Numbered from the stretch's first letter, positions 38,958-50,200 are shown. The stretch: DNA of 64,000 nucleotides from Candidatus Poribacteria bacterium (GCA_965242965.1 OZ251518.1:1856001-1920000), one strand, 5' to 3'. The notes: a model not told the origin generated them from the sequence alone. A program made the numbers and translations.

Positions 38958-40301
38958 ATGGCAGTAGAACTCAGAATGCTTCAGATGGATCAGACGATGA
39001 CGAAAGGGAAAATTGGGAAATGGCTCGTGAACGAAGGCGATACCGTTGCGGAAGGACAACCTTTGCTGGAAATTGAGACAGACAAAGTCGTCCACGAACA
39101 GGAATCCCCTGCCGATGGCGTTATCGCGCAACTGCTCGCGAGAGAGGGGAGCGATGTGCCTGTTAACGAGTTGCTCGCCATCATCGCCGCGCCGGGTGAG
39201 GAGGTGGCGCGCGTTGAGGTGGAAGCGCAATCAACCAGTGAAACGGAACAAATCGCGCCGCAGCGCGCGACATCGGACATCAAGGCTTCCCCAGCGGCGC
39301 GCCAACTTGCCGAAAAACTTGCAATTAAACTTGAAGAGGTAACAGCTTCCGGTCCCGGCGGCCGCATCTTGGAAAGCGATGTCCAGCGGTATATTGAACT
39401 GCGGGAGCCGGTGGTAGGCGAAAACCTTATTCCCGATGTTGCAAGCAAACCGTCTCGTCTCAAAGCATCCCCGCTAGCGCGGCGATTGGCGAAGGAGCAC
39501 GGTATTGACTTGACAGCGGTTGTAGGTTCAGGACCGGATGGCAGAATCGTCCGGGACGATGTGTTGGAACGCAGGCATGAACGCCAGCCCGCGCCTGCAT
39601 ATACTGCACCGGAGACGGCCGAAGTCATTCCGATGAGCGGCATCCGCGGCATCATCGCAGAACGGATGACGATGAGCGTCCAGACAAACGCGAACGTTAC
39701 GCTTCACACTGAAGTTGACGCGACAGAATTCGTGCAATTGCGCAGTCGTCTCAACGAAAAATTAGCGGCGCGCGACGTTACGCTTACCTACACAGACATG
39801 CTCGTCAAAGTCGTAGCGAATGCCTTGCGCGCGCACCCAAGGCTCAACGCGACGCTCACTGACGAGGGAATTCATCTCTTAACGGAAATCAACATCGGCG
39901 TAGCGGTTGCCCTAGCAGATGGGCTCGTCGTGCCGGTGATTCGCGAGGCCGATAGGCAGGGGTTATCCGCTATCTCGGCGCAGGTGAAAACGTTCGCCGA
40001 GAAGGCGCGTAACAATCAGCTAACTCCCAGTGAACTGCAGGGCGGCACTTTTACCCTCACGAACCTCGGCAACTTCGGGGTTGATGCTTTCACGCCGATT
40101 ATCAATCCGCCGGAGTGCGCTATCCTCGGCGTAGGCAGAATTCTCAAGAAGCCGGTCGTCCAAAACGATGAAATCGTTGTTCGGAGCATGCTGACGCTGA
40201 GTTTGACATTTGACCATCGTGTCGTAGACGGCGCGCCTGCGGCGCAGTTCCTGCAGACTATAGGGGGTTATATCCAAGAACCGTATTTGCTGTTAGTTTA
40301 G
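38958..40301 (+). CDS. 2-oxoacid dehydrogenase E2 dihydrolipoamide acyltransferase
   Basis: Lipoyl motif ETDKV; two E3-binding domains (ASP.AR...GP.GRI...DV); catalytic DHRVVDG. Confidence 0.92.
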   Translation: MAVELRMLQMDQTMTKGKIGKWLVNEGDTVAEGQPLLEIETDKVVHEQESPADGVIAQLLAREGSDVPVNELLAIIAAPGEEVARVEVEAQSTSETEQIAPQRATSDIKASPAARQLAEKLAIKLEEVTASGPGGRILESDVQRYIELREPVVGENLIPDVASKPSRLKASPLARRLAKEHGIDLTAVVGSGPDGRIVRDDVLERRHERQPAPAYTAPETAEVIPMSGIRGIIAERMTMSVQTNANVTLHTEVDATEFVQLRSRLNEKLAARDVTLTYTDMLVKVVANALRAHPRLNATLTDEGIHLLTEINIGVAVALADGLVVPVIREADRQGLSAISAQVKTFAEKARNNQLTPSELQGGTFTLTNLGNFGVDAFTPIINPPECAILGVGRILKKPVVQNDEIVVRSMLTLSLTFDHRVVDGAPAAQFLQTIGGYIQEPYLLLV

Positions 40302-40303
40302 GA

Positions 40304-41410
40304 TTAGGCTAATTTGAGCTCCTCCAACACGACTGTCGCGTAACCGCCGGGAGGCAATGTAAACGCCAAACGTATCCCCGTATCAACCGCCGTCCCCTGA
40401 TGGACTGTTACCGGCATCCGAAGTGGGCGGCGTGTTCCCGGCATCCGAATGCCGGCGACTTTACGGAATGATTCCAGTGTAACACCTTCGGTTGCAAGCA
40501 CCGCCGCTTCCAACGCCTGCGCTGCACCTCTCGGTTTTTGCATCTTATATCCGAAGATTGGCCCCGAAGGACTAATCTCCAACGCGTCCGAGCGCGGTTG
40601 TTCAACTTCGGCATTTTCAACGAGGAAAGGCGCGCCGTTGCTATGCTTTATCGCGATGTCGCCATCAATGAGGTGTCCCAATTTGGGCGAACGTTGTTCC
40701 AAGACGCGGTTGAACAGATGCGCTTGATACGCCGATAAAAAGAGTTTACGCAGCCGATGCGGAATCGATGCCACCGCTTTCTCTGCCGAGTTGCGTTCCA
40801 TTTCGCGTTGCACACGCTTTGCGATATCGCTCTCGGCAGTGACGAGGAAGTGCGCCGCTGTCTCCCATGCGCCTTGCACCAATGCTTTGCCGATAAGGTG
40901 CGAGTCGTTGTGATGCCCAAATCGCTGAGGTCCGAACCGATTAGGAACGCCTTCTTTTGCCAGACGTTCCATCATGATTTGCGTAGTTCTCAGCGTGTCC
41001 GGTGATACTTCGCGCGCCGTGATTTCAAACCGATTCCCGAGGAGATGCCCCACCCGTAATTTGTGCGGATGCGGCTTCGCCCACAAAATTTCGATGGCAG
41101 GCAGTTCTAACGCCAAGAGCATTTCAGGCGTGATGCCTTCTACGGACAAAACTTGGGTTGTCACTGCCCTCTTATCTTTTAGCCCGGCGTAACCGATGTC
41201 TCGCGCGTTGACATGCAACTCGCGCGCGATGCGGTGAATGGCTTCTAGCGTGCCCAGTTCTCGTTTCCTCACTGCAAAAAAGGTATGCGTGCCGGTCCCG
41301 GACGGTTCATAAAGCGGTAGTTCTTCAACGATGAAATCTTCAGGTTCTGTTTTAATCATTTTTGTTATTCGCGAGGCGTTCGGCAAACGGTACTGAGATA
41401 AAAAACCCAT
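40304..41410 (-). CDS. truD: tRNA pseudouridine(13) synthase TruD
   Basis: PEDFIVEE, GYAGLKDKRAVTTQ, GNRF, NRFGPQRFG, F.LPPGGYAT; start uncertain (41410, 41437 or 41359). Confidence 0.92.
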   Translation of the reverse strand: MGFLSQYRLPNASRITKMIKTEPEDFIVEELPLYEPSGTGTHTFFAVRKRELGTLEAIHRIARELHVNARDIGYAGLKDKRAVTTQVLSVEGITPEMLLALELPAIEILWAKPHPHKLRVGHLLGNRFEITAREVSPDTLRTTQIMMERLAKEGVPNRFGPQRFGHHNDSHLIGKALVQGAWETAAHFLVTAESDIAKRVQREMERNSAEKAVASIPHRLRKLFLSAYQAHLFNRVLEQRSPKLGHLIDGDIAIKHSNGAPFLVENAEVEQPRSDALEISPSGPIFGYKMQKPRGAAQALEAAVLATEGVTLESFRKVAGIRMPGTRRPLRMPVTVHQGTAVDTGIRLAFTLPPGGYATVVLEELKLA

Positions 41411-41560
41411 TTTACCAGGTCGACTTGACGTTGTCAAGTCTTACACGCGAGGCAAGGCGCGCCCGTAGGCGAGACCTCCCGGTCTCGATTTCTTCGGGTA
41501 GGCGAGACCTCCCGGTCTCAATTTTTCTGTTATAGGAAAACCCCCGGTCTCGGTTTTTTG

Positions 41561-41589
41561 TTGCAAAATGCAATAATTTGTGGTATACT
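41561..41589 (+). promoter_or_regulatory. sigma-70 promoter
   Basis: TTGCAA-17 nt-TATACT with TG extension. Confidence 0.65.
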
Positions 41590-41613
41590 TAAAAGGAGAA
41601 GGAGGCGAAAAAA

Positions 41614-42879
41614 ATGGCTTACATAATTTGCGAACCGTGCGTTGACGTGATGGACACCGCCTGCGTTGACGTATGTCCGGTGGATTGCATCCACACCACC
41701 GAAGGGGAAAACCAACTCTATATCAATCCGGATGAATGCATCGACTGCGCGGCGTGCGAACCGGCGTGCCCTGTCGATGCGATAAAAATGCGAGATGAAG
41801 TCCCCAGCGAGTGGGAACCCTTTATCGCCATAAACGCTAAATTTTTTGAGACGTTCGTTAAACCCGAAACAGTGGCGGCCGCGTCAGGCGATTCTGGGAC
41901 AACGAAGAAACAGAAAGAACAAGGGATTCCCGAAGAATTCGTGCTACTGCCGGAGGCACCCGCATCTTCGCTGCGTCCGCCGTTTGGATTGTTGGCGATG
42001 CTCGGGCAGCCTATCCTCGGTGCTTTCTCCGCGTCGTTTAAGCGTCGGCTTGAAGAGATGGCAGGCAACACGCGCACTTTCAGTGCCGCCATTTCAACCG
42101 GCATTAATAGTCTCGTCAACCTGATGCTCTATCCGCTTGTGCTGTTCCTTATCGGTGTGCAGTGGCGCGGCATCAGTCTTTTCAGTAGTGAAGGCAATCT
42201 GATGATATTCCTGGGGATAATCGCAGCCATCGGCGAGGGAATGTATCGGTTTAAGGACGAACTGATTTCCGATGCCGATGAGGAACAACCGCGTTATGGT
42301 GCGGCGTTCTACGGTTGGATAGCTTCCCTCTTCGCGACACCGCTATTGGCACTTTTGCGTCCCGCGCTAGTCGTTGAGCCGAACGTGCCTCGCACAACGC
42401 TACCCGGTGCAGTGTTAACCGCCGGCGAAATCTACGCCGATGATGTCCGCGAACGCTATAGACGTTACGGCATGGTAAACCGCATTACTGAAGCAGCAGA
42501 TTACTACCAGGTCGAAATTGAATTTCCGCGGTGGGTGCCGAATTCTGTCGCCAAAAAAGAGCATGAACTCCCCGACAGAATGCCGGACTATGCCTATGAA
42601 ATTCATCTCAGCGCGCCCTATTTTCCTAATGACGAACCTACGGCAGAGAGCGTTCTCACCGTTCAGACGCAGCTGGATGACCCGAGGTTTGCGTCTGTCG
42701 TCGGCCGCACGAGTTCGTTTCCGAACGGCTTCACGAATACTCTGCCTATCCCGGGGCAACCTGAAGATTTCCATGCAACGTATCGGGATAAGGTGCTGAC
42801 GATTATCCTTTCCAAAACCGGAAAATGTGAATCCCTTGGGCTTGAACCGACGGTTCACTATGCGAAGTTGAAAGGTTAG
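41614..42879 (+). CDS. FdxA-type dicluster ferredoxin fused to membrane helices and an HSP20-like C-terminal domain
   Basis: CEPCVDVMDTACVDVCPVDCI...CIDCAACEPACP; 3-4 TM segments; ITEAADYYQVEIEFP...FTNTLPIP...HATYRDKVLTIILSK. Confidence 0.75.
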   Translation: MAYIICEPCVDVMDTACVDVCPVDCIHTTEGENQLYINPDECIDCAACEPACPVDAIKMRDEVPSEWEPFIAINAKFFETFVKPETVAAASGDSGTTKKQKEQGIPEEFVLLPEAPASSLRPPFGLLAMLGQPILGAFSASFKRRLEEMAGNTRTFSAAISTGINSLVNLMLYPLVLFLIGVQWRGISLFSSEGNLMIFLGIIAAIGEGMYRFKDELISDADEEQPRYGAAFYGWIASLFATPLLALLRPALVVEPNVPRTTLPGAVLTAGEIYADDVRERYRRYGMVNRITEAADYYQVEIEFPRWVPNSVAKKEHELPDRMPDYAYEIHLSAPYFPNDEPTAESVLTVQTQLDDPRFASVVGRTSSFPNGFTNTLPIPGQPEDFHATYRDKVLTIILSKTGKCESLGLEPTVHYAKLKG

Positions 42880-43214
42880 TTGAGGATGTTTCATAACTCC
42901 GTTTCGGTAGTTATCCCCTCCTTGGAGGACGGGCGAATACCGAGCCCTCTTGGCAGGAGAGACCTCGGGTCTCGATTTTTTCGTAGGGTTTTTCTCCGTC
43001 CGTAGCGCGGGGGTCTGTCCCCCGCGAGCCCCATCGTCAAGCGGTGGCGTTTTAGGTCCTTTAGGACCTAAGAGAACAAAAGACGTTTTTTCGTTCTCCC
43101 CTCTGTAGTTTGTGATCGCCTGATCACAAACAGGTCAGGATTAGGCGATCCTGACCTACAGAGCTTGGCGCGCAAACAATACGGTGCCCTCGGCAGAAAT
43201 GGTATTTCAACAAT

Positions 43215-44585
43215 ATGCCCGATAAAGAGACGCTTATTGCCTGGGATAAACGCTATCTCTGGCACCCCTTCACGCAGATGAGTGATTGGCAACAGGATAC
43301 ACCTGTCATCATCGCGCGCGGGGAGGGGTGCTACCTGATTGACATTGACGGTAACCGTTACCTAGACGGCACCGCCTCAATGTGGACGAATGTCCACGGA
43401 CACAATCATCCGGCACTTAATGCCGCTATCAAGGCGCAGGTAGACAACATCGCGCACAGCACGCTGCTCGGATATAGCAATATCCCCGCGATTCGACTCG
43501 CGAAAAAGTTGGTGGAACTCACGCCGCCGGAGCTCAACAAAGTCTTCTACTCCGACAACGGTTCCACCGCCGTTGAAGTCGCGCTGAAGATGGCGTATCA
43601 ATATTGGCAGCACAAGGGACAACCGCAACGTAAGAAGTTTGTCCACCTAGATAAGGCATATCACGGAGATACAATAGGCGCGATGAGTGTCGGCGGTATT
43701 GAGAGTTTTCATGAGACTTTCAGTTCGCTTCTTTTTGAGGGCATTCGTGTGCCTGCGCCAGAAAGTGCGCGGTTGGAGACAGTGCCTCCCTGTAAGCGTG
43801 CTTGGGAACCGCGTCCTACAAAAACACGCTGTCTCAATGAGATAGAACGCGTCCTCACCGAACATGCCACAGAAATTGCAGGCATCATCGTGGAGCCGCT
43901 TATCCAAGGCGCGGGTGGTATGCGCGTCGCGCCGGAAGGCTTGCTGAAAGGCATCGCGACGCTGGCGCGGCAACATGAGACGCTGCTCATCGTTGATGAG
44001 GTGATGACGGGGTTTGGGCGCACCGGCAAAATGTGGGCTTGCGAACACGAAGATGTTAGTCCATCTCTGCTCTGCACAGCGAAGGGGTTAGCAGCCGGCT
44101 ACCTCCCCCTCGCGGCGACGTTAACCACCGATGAAATCTATAACGCCTTCCTCGGCGAATACGGCGAACTCAAAACCTTTTTTCATGGCCATACCTTCAC
44201 GGGGAATCCGCTGGCGTGCGCTGTCGCCTTGGAAAACATCGCTATCTTTGAGCGCGAAGAGCTCCTCACTCGCCTCCAAACAACTATCAGCCACTTTCAA
44301 AGGCGGCTGCAAGAATTCTATCAACTGGCGCACGTTGGAGAGGTGCGGGTTTGCGGGTTAGCTGCCGGTGTTGAACTCATAAAAAACGCGGATACCCATG
44401 AGCCTTATCCGCTAGAAGACAAGATAGGTATCCGCGTTTGCGAGGCGGTTCTCGCGCGTGGGGTGATACTTCGGCCGCTCGTCAATACGATTGTTTTGAT
44501 GCCGCCGTTGCAGATTTCGCTTTCGGAACTAGATGTCCTTTTGGATATTACCTACCAGGCGATTGCTGACGTGACGAGTTTTTAG
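43215..44585 (+). CDS. bioA: Adenosylmethionine-8-amino-7-oxononanoate transaminase
   Basis: LWHPFTQM, YHGDTIG, DEVMTGFGRTG, AKGL..GYLP, HGHTFTGNPLAC. Confidence 0.93.
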   Translation: MPDKETLIAWDKRYLWHPFTQMSDWQQDTPVIIARGEGCYLIDIDGNRYLDGTASMWTNVHGHNHPALNAAIKAQVDNIAHSTLLGYSNIPAIRLAKKLVELTPPELNKVFYSDNGSTAVEVALKMAYQYWQHKGQPQRKKFVHLDKAYHGDTIGAMSVGGIESFHETFSSLLFEGIRVPAPESARLETVPPCKRAWEPRPTKTRCLNEIERVLTEHATEIAGIIVEPLIQGAGGMRVAPEGLLKGIATLARQHETLLIVDEVMTGFGRTGKMWACEHEDVSPSLLCTAKGLAAGYLPLAATLTTDEIYNAFLGEYGELKTFFHGHTFTGNPLACAVALENIAIFEREELLTRLQTTISHFQRRLQEFYQLAHVGEVRVCGLAAGVELIKNADTHEPYPLEDKIGIRVCEAVLARGVILRPLVNTIVLMPPLQISLSELDVLLDITYQAIADVTSF

Positions 44586-44644
44586 AGCTGGGTTAGGTTG
44601 GCTATGGGTGAGCGGCATTTGTTAAGTGGCAGCGGCAGTTTTGT

Positions 44645-45360
44645 TACCGTAGGGCGGGGGCCTGTCCCCCGCCATGCCGCGAGCACTCCAACGCCTCGCG
44701 AGGGACAGGCCCTCGCGCGACGGTGAAACGGCGGTTTGCGTTATTCCCTTCTGTAGTTTGTGATCGCCTGATCGCAAACAGGTCAGGATCAGGCGATCCT
44801 GAACTACAGAGGAGCTCAACGCCTCGCGAGGGACAGGCCCTCGCACTACGGTGGCAGCGGCGGTTTTGTTACCGTAGGGCGGGGGACAGGCCCCCGCCAT
44901 GCCGCGCACGACGCTGCAGCAGACGCTTATCCTGAAAATCGTGATAATCGTGTAAATCCTGCTTCAGACTTGGACGCTCGCGAGGGACAGGCCCTCGCGC
45001 TACGGTGCCGCGGCGGTTTTCGGTATTCCCTTCTGTAGTTTGCGATCGCCTGATCGCACAGGTCAGGATCAGGCGATCCTGACCTACAGAGAAGGAGCTC
45101 AACGCCTCGCGAGGGACAGGCCCTCGCGCTACGGTGAAGGGGCAGTTTTGTTACCGTAGGGCGGGGGCCTGTCCCCCGCCATGCCGCGCGCGACGCTGCA
45201 GCCGACTCTTATCCTGAAAATCGTGATAATCCTGGAAATCCTGCTTCAGACACTTGAACGCTCGCGAGGGACAGGCCCTCGCGCTACGGACGAAGGGGCG
45301 GTTTTCGTTTCGATCGGTGCCTCGCGAGGGACAGGCCCTCGCGCTACGGTAACAAAGCGG
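44645..45360. repeat. Large mosaic REP cluster between convergent genes
   Basis: Many CTCGCGAGGGACAGGCCCTCGCGCTACG and CTGTAGTTTGTGATCGCCTGATCGCA units; a ~300-bp block appears twice. Confidence 0.9.
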
Positions 45361-45383
45361 TTTGCGGTTAGAGCGGGCCCGAA

Positions 45384-47297
45384 CTAAAACAAAAACCGAT
45401 ACATCGGCAAATCTACCGTAATCCCAATCAGACTCCAGACGCTACCAACGATGAACTCTCCCAAAATCAAACCCAGAAACAGCGGGATAAGTTTCCGATG
45501 CAGGCTCACGCCGCCATGACGGAGGATAAGCCACTTCAATGCCGAACTCACTAAAATCGAAAACCAAAAGACATTCATCGACCAGCTGCTGGAAATCGCA
45601 AAACCCGCCGGATGGAACGGCCACCAAAACAACTGCATCCGCATCGTCATCAGCAAACAGGTAATCGCGAACCCGATGCACATCGCAATAATCGCCGGCA
45701 CATCCGGTGCCTTCGGCGAGACAAGCCAACTCTGCAGCCGATTAAACGGCCGCCCCGCAAACCAATCTCGCGCGCCTTCGATGTAGGAGATATGGTAGAA
45801 CGCCCAAAACGAGGCGAACGTGCCGATGACTATCGCGATGCACATCGCTATCATCAAACGCCGATTGGAGATGCTTGTCCGTTCCGCGAGTTTAAACCCT
45901 TCCAAGATATGCGGCATCGGATGCCCACGGTAGGCGCGGTTAAAAAAGAAGAGGTAGGCAAACATCGTCAAATTCTGCGGACCGAGGATACGCGTGCCGA
46001 AAATGCGAGGCATCATCTCATCAGGTCCGATGAAATGCAAATCGTGGACAGGCGAACCGAGCTCCGCACGCATCCGCGTCACCGCCGTCGAAATCGCATA
46101 GTAAATGCCGAAAAATACCAGAATCACCCACACCGACATCCCCGCCATTTTACAGAAAATGACGATAAAAAGCAGACTCGCGAGAAGCCCAAGCACGGTG
46201 ACGCGATAGGACATCGGCTCATCTGAATCGTCAACGTGCTGGACGTTCCTAAAGATTTTCCGGCCCACCTGCGCGAGATGTTTGCGCGTCGCAATAATCG
46301 CGATGACGAACAAGCCAAGATACGCACCGAACGACTGCTCATCGGTGAACGGAAAATTCGGCATGCCGCGCACGCCTAACGCATCCCCGAAAACGCGCTC
46401 CGCCTTCCAAAACAGATAGAAAAACCAGCACGAAAACGATAAATCCAGCGGAATAAAAAATGCGATGCCGACAGCGAACGGAAACACGGCGATGGGTGTC
46501 CAACCTATCGCACTCCACGGTTTCTGCGTGAAGAAGGGACGAAGATCGTAAAGTCTCCCCCCTAAACTCGGAACGGTAGGATAGAGATGATGCAAGCCGT
46601 TCAGAATGTCAATCGCACCGGCTATCCCGAACCCCAACCACATCATCTTGTTTGTCAACAGATTTGACCGGCTCTGGCTAGTCAATTCCAGCGGCAGTTG
46701 GATAATCGGATAACTCAACTTTTCATGCTCTGTCCACTGCTTGCGGACGAGACTATTGATGCACACCATCAGGAACACCATCGCGCACAGAAAACCACCC
46801 CACGCCGCCGTTGTCGTCAGCCATCCTTCTATCACTTCCCATTGATAAAAACTTGTCTCGCCGCGGTAATACTCTGTCAGAAAGGCGCGCTCCTTCACCG
46901 CCATCCAATCCGGAATATACCGATGGAACAAATCTGCCCAATCGTTTTCGGGTGTCGCGTACCAGAACGCATACGGAATCATCGGAATCAAGACGCGCAG
47001 AACGTCATGTCCCGCTAGGGAAGAGGCGATGGCTAACATGACGTAGATAGTCAGCAATTCTCCCTGCCGTAATCCATAGGCGCGCCCGCCTTTTGGCGAT
47101 AACCACGTCAAAAACAGATTCGCACCTGTTAAAACAAAAACGCAGAAAATAACGTTGAAATAGAGCGAAACGGTCGTCGGGAACCCTTGTCCCGCCGAAT
47201 CCAGAATCCAATAGACGTTCGGGATAACGAGAGCGGTGCCGATGAGGATGGCGCGCCAAGTCGCACCAAAATTTTGTTGTGATGAAGTGTTTCTCAA
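45384..47297 (-). CDS. DUF6785-like polytopic membrane protein (putative OPT-like transporter)
   Basis: ELLTIYVM, QWTEHEKLSYPI, R.RAELG.P, WWPFHPAG, FLGLILGE; TTG start overlaps the TGA of the R-M gene, with GGAG upstream. Confidence 0.7.
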   Translation of the reverse strand: MRNTSSQQNFGATWRAILIGTALVIPNVYWILDSAGQGFPTTVSLYFNVIFCVFVLTGANLFLTWLSPKGGRAYGLRQGELLTIYVMLAIASSLAGHDVLRVLIPMIPYAFWYATPENDWADLFHRYIPDWMAVKERAFLTEYYRGETSFYQWEVIEGWLTTTAAWGGFLCAMVFLMVCINSLVRKQWTEHEKLSYPIIQLPLELTSQSRSNLLTNKMMWLGFGIAGAIDILNGLHHLYPTVPSLGGRLYDLRPFFTQKPWSAIGWTPIAVFPFAVGIAFFIPLDLSFSCWFFYLFWKAERVFGDALGVRGMPNFPFTDEQSFGAYLGLFVIAIIATRKHLAQVGRKIFRNVQHVDDSDEPMSYRVTVLGLLASLLFIVIFCKMAGMSVWVILVFFGIYYAISTAVTRMRAELGSPVHDLHFIGPDEMMPRIFGTRILGPQNLTMFAYLFFFNRAYRGHPMPHILEGFKLAERTSISNRRLMIAMCIAIVIGTFASFWAFYHISYIEGARDWFAGRPFNRLQSWLVSPKAPDVPAIIAMCIGFAITCLLMTMRMQLFWWPFHPAGFAISSSWSMNVFWFSILVSSALKWLILRHGGVSLHRKLIPLFLGLILGEFIVGSVWSLIGITVDLPMYRFLF

Positions 47298-50200
47298 TTG
47301 TCGATCTCCCCGGTCACCTTCAACGTCTCCGCTAACGCCGCAAGCACCTGCCGATATTGACGAATATCCGCATGCGTCAACGCCTCTCCCCGCCGATCTC
47401 GCAGCCACTTTTCGCAAGGTTGATACGCGCCTATCTCAAACTCCCAAACCGCCGATGGCACATCCGAGAAATACTGCGTCCGATTTATCCAGACATGTCC
47501 ATCGCGGTATTGCACGCGCCCGACGACGCTATCGCCTTCACCCTCAAATCTCGATGTCGCACCCGGCATGTCACGCCTGCCGAGATGCACGTCCATTAAC
47601 GTATGTCCAAACCTCGCGAGTTTTTGGAACTGCGCCAGATCTGTCGGCAGCGGGATACGCGGAAAGTCGTATTTCAAAAATTCGGCATACCGTTCTCGGT
47701 AAGCAGGACTGTGCAAAACAGCGTAGATCCAAGCGAGGATGTCCTCCGGGGAGATGCCCTGGGGGATGCCGAATGACTCGGTTTGCGGCAAGGCCAATCT
47801 CTCCGCAAGTGCTTTAAGAAAAGCAGGCGTTAAATTGAGCACCCGTTCTCTTGACAATTCCAACTCTTCCGGATGTGGATAAAGATAGAGCGGGAAGATA
47901 TAGCTGGATTCACTCGGTTTATTTGAAAGATAACACTGATCCGCAATCTTGTCGGTTACCAAAGCATGTTGCCAGGTAGGAATTGTGACAATACGACACG
48001 TGCAAAGCGCGAGGTTCTCCCCGGCGAGCAGATGGTGCATAATTCTGCGGGCAGGCGTGCTATAAAACCCGCGCGACTGCCCCGTGTAGTAAGTGAAACG
48101 GGGATCAAACGCGCGATAGTTTGCCTGGACGACATACTCGTCTTTCGGGGAATAATGAGTGACAGAATATCCTTCGTTGGCTTCGCAATGCGCGCGGAGG
48201 TCTGCTTGTGCCCAATTCACCCGCCAATCGCGTCCATCCTTGCCCAAGTTATATCTGCCGCGTGCTTCGTCCTCTGAAAGGGATGCAAAGTCGGTTACCG
48301 TATGACGAACGGCTTCCTCGGTGCGATGCATGGTTAACTTATCCCGCGCGGTTATGAACCCAACCGAGCGTTCTTGAAAGATGTCGGTGACGCTCCAGCC
48401 GTTCTCATATTCCGCTTTGTGTTCGGTGTTTTGCGGCACGAAGAGATAAAACGGCGAAGAAGGATGGAGTTCCTCCCAATCGGTGTTCAGGACATCCGAT
48501 GCCGACAGCGCACGATACTTTTCCTCCCGGCTCCCCCACATATCGGCGTAATAGACTTTCGCAGGTGCCGGATTGTCCCGCTCTTTCACGCACAGCAAGA
48601 TAGATACGCCTTGCTGGATGTCAAAGACGTTTTCGTTGCTTTGGCCATCAGGCACAGGCTCTGTCCTTCTGCTGTTGCCGTGCAGATTGAGAAGGTAAAT
48701 GGCGTTGAAACTGTTGATCAAGCTATACCGCATGCCGCGTAGGACAAGCCCATCAAGGAAACTGTTGTTCACAACGTAACCGATAGCACCTTCGCCATTT
48801 TTGTGAACGCGCCACTGTGCCCACCGGATAAACTTGACATAGTCGCTCTGAAGCACCGTGGCACTTCTTTCCCTCATCGGTTTTCCATCCACGGATTTAT
48901 AGTCCTCAATGAGCGAACCAATAAAGGTGAATTTGCCGGTGCTATCGCGACTCGGATTGGCAGAATTATAGGTGTAGGGGGGATTGCCGACGATGACAAG
49001 CAGCGGCACATCGCGTTTGACAGAAACCGCCGCGTTCGCCTCATCGGTGAGGAATTCGGCGAAGATATGTCCCTCGCGTTCGATCGGTTCCTCCAGCGTA
49101 TTCGTGAGGTAAATGTGAATGCGTTCGGTATCCGTCCTCTGTCCATGCGCTTGTAGGAAGCGGCTCAGGTTCAGATGCGCAATCGTATAGGGCGCGACGA
49201 GCAGCTCAAACCCGAAGAGTCGCTCAGCCAGGGAGGTGTTGACATACGGTGCCCACGCCGCAGTGCCATCGGTTTCAATGACGTGTTGGCGGATGTGGTT
49301 GAGGACTTCCATGAGAAACCCGCCGGTGCCGGTTGCAGGATCGAGGATGAGCGTCTCGTTATCGGCGAGGCCGTCGGGTTTTCGCAACGCCGTTTTGAGG
49401 AGTGCATCGACGGACCTAACGATATAGGAGATAACGGGTTGCGGCGTGTAGTAGACCCCTCTGTCAACGCGTCGCCCCGGGTCATACGCAGCGAGAAATG
49501 TTTCGTAGAAATGAATCACCGGGTCTTCGGCGTGAGTGCGTGCGTCGAAGGCGGTGCGGAGCATTTCGGTGGAGACGCTGCGCAGGAGCGTGGCAATTTC
49601 GTCTAAAACCCATCCGATGCTGTCATCGAGTTCTGGCGATGCGACTTGGTGGAAAAGTCGGCGCAGGAACGGGTTTGAACGCGGGAGTGTAGCGGCGGCG
49701 GTGCTGCGCGAGAAGTTAGTTGCATTCGGGAGTGTGTATCGCGCCGCGAACATACCGTAGGCGAGGGTTTGCGCATACATATCGGCGAAATCGGCGGGAG
49801 TGAGCGTGGCGAGGAGATGTTCGCGAAACGTTTCAAACATGCGGAAGAGGGGGGTTTCTTCGTCGGCGATGGCGGTTGCGATTTGGGTTTGAAGTTCGCG
49901 TGTGCGCCGTGCGAAGTGCATTGCGAGGACTTCGGGGGTTGTGATGTTCAGCGCGCCTGCGTTGAAAAATCGGTTGAGGAGGGTTTCCAGCGCGTGCACC
50001 TCTTCGGGTAGGAGGGACATCCCTGTCCCGATGTCTTCAGATAAACTCGCCGTTGCGCGCAATTCGCCTTCGGTATAGAGACGAAATTCAACGAAATTGG
50101 TGAGGACAAAATTATCCAGATTTTCGATGAACCGCGCATTCTGTTCGCGCGCGTGCCCGGTGAGTGCATTCAAGTCTGTGCCGAATTTCTCCGCTTCGAT

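Noticed and set aside
47298-47417. N-terminal extension of the membrane protein ORF
   Set aside because: It overlaps the R-M gene by 120 bp; the TTG at 47297 with GGAG upstream fits better
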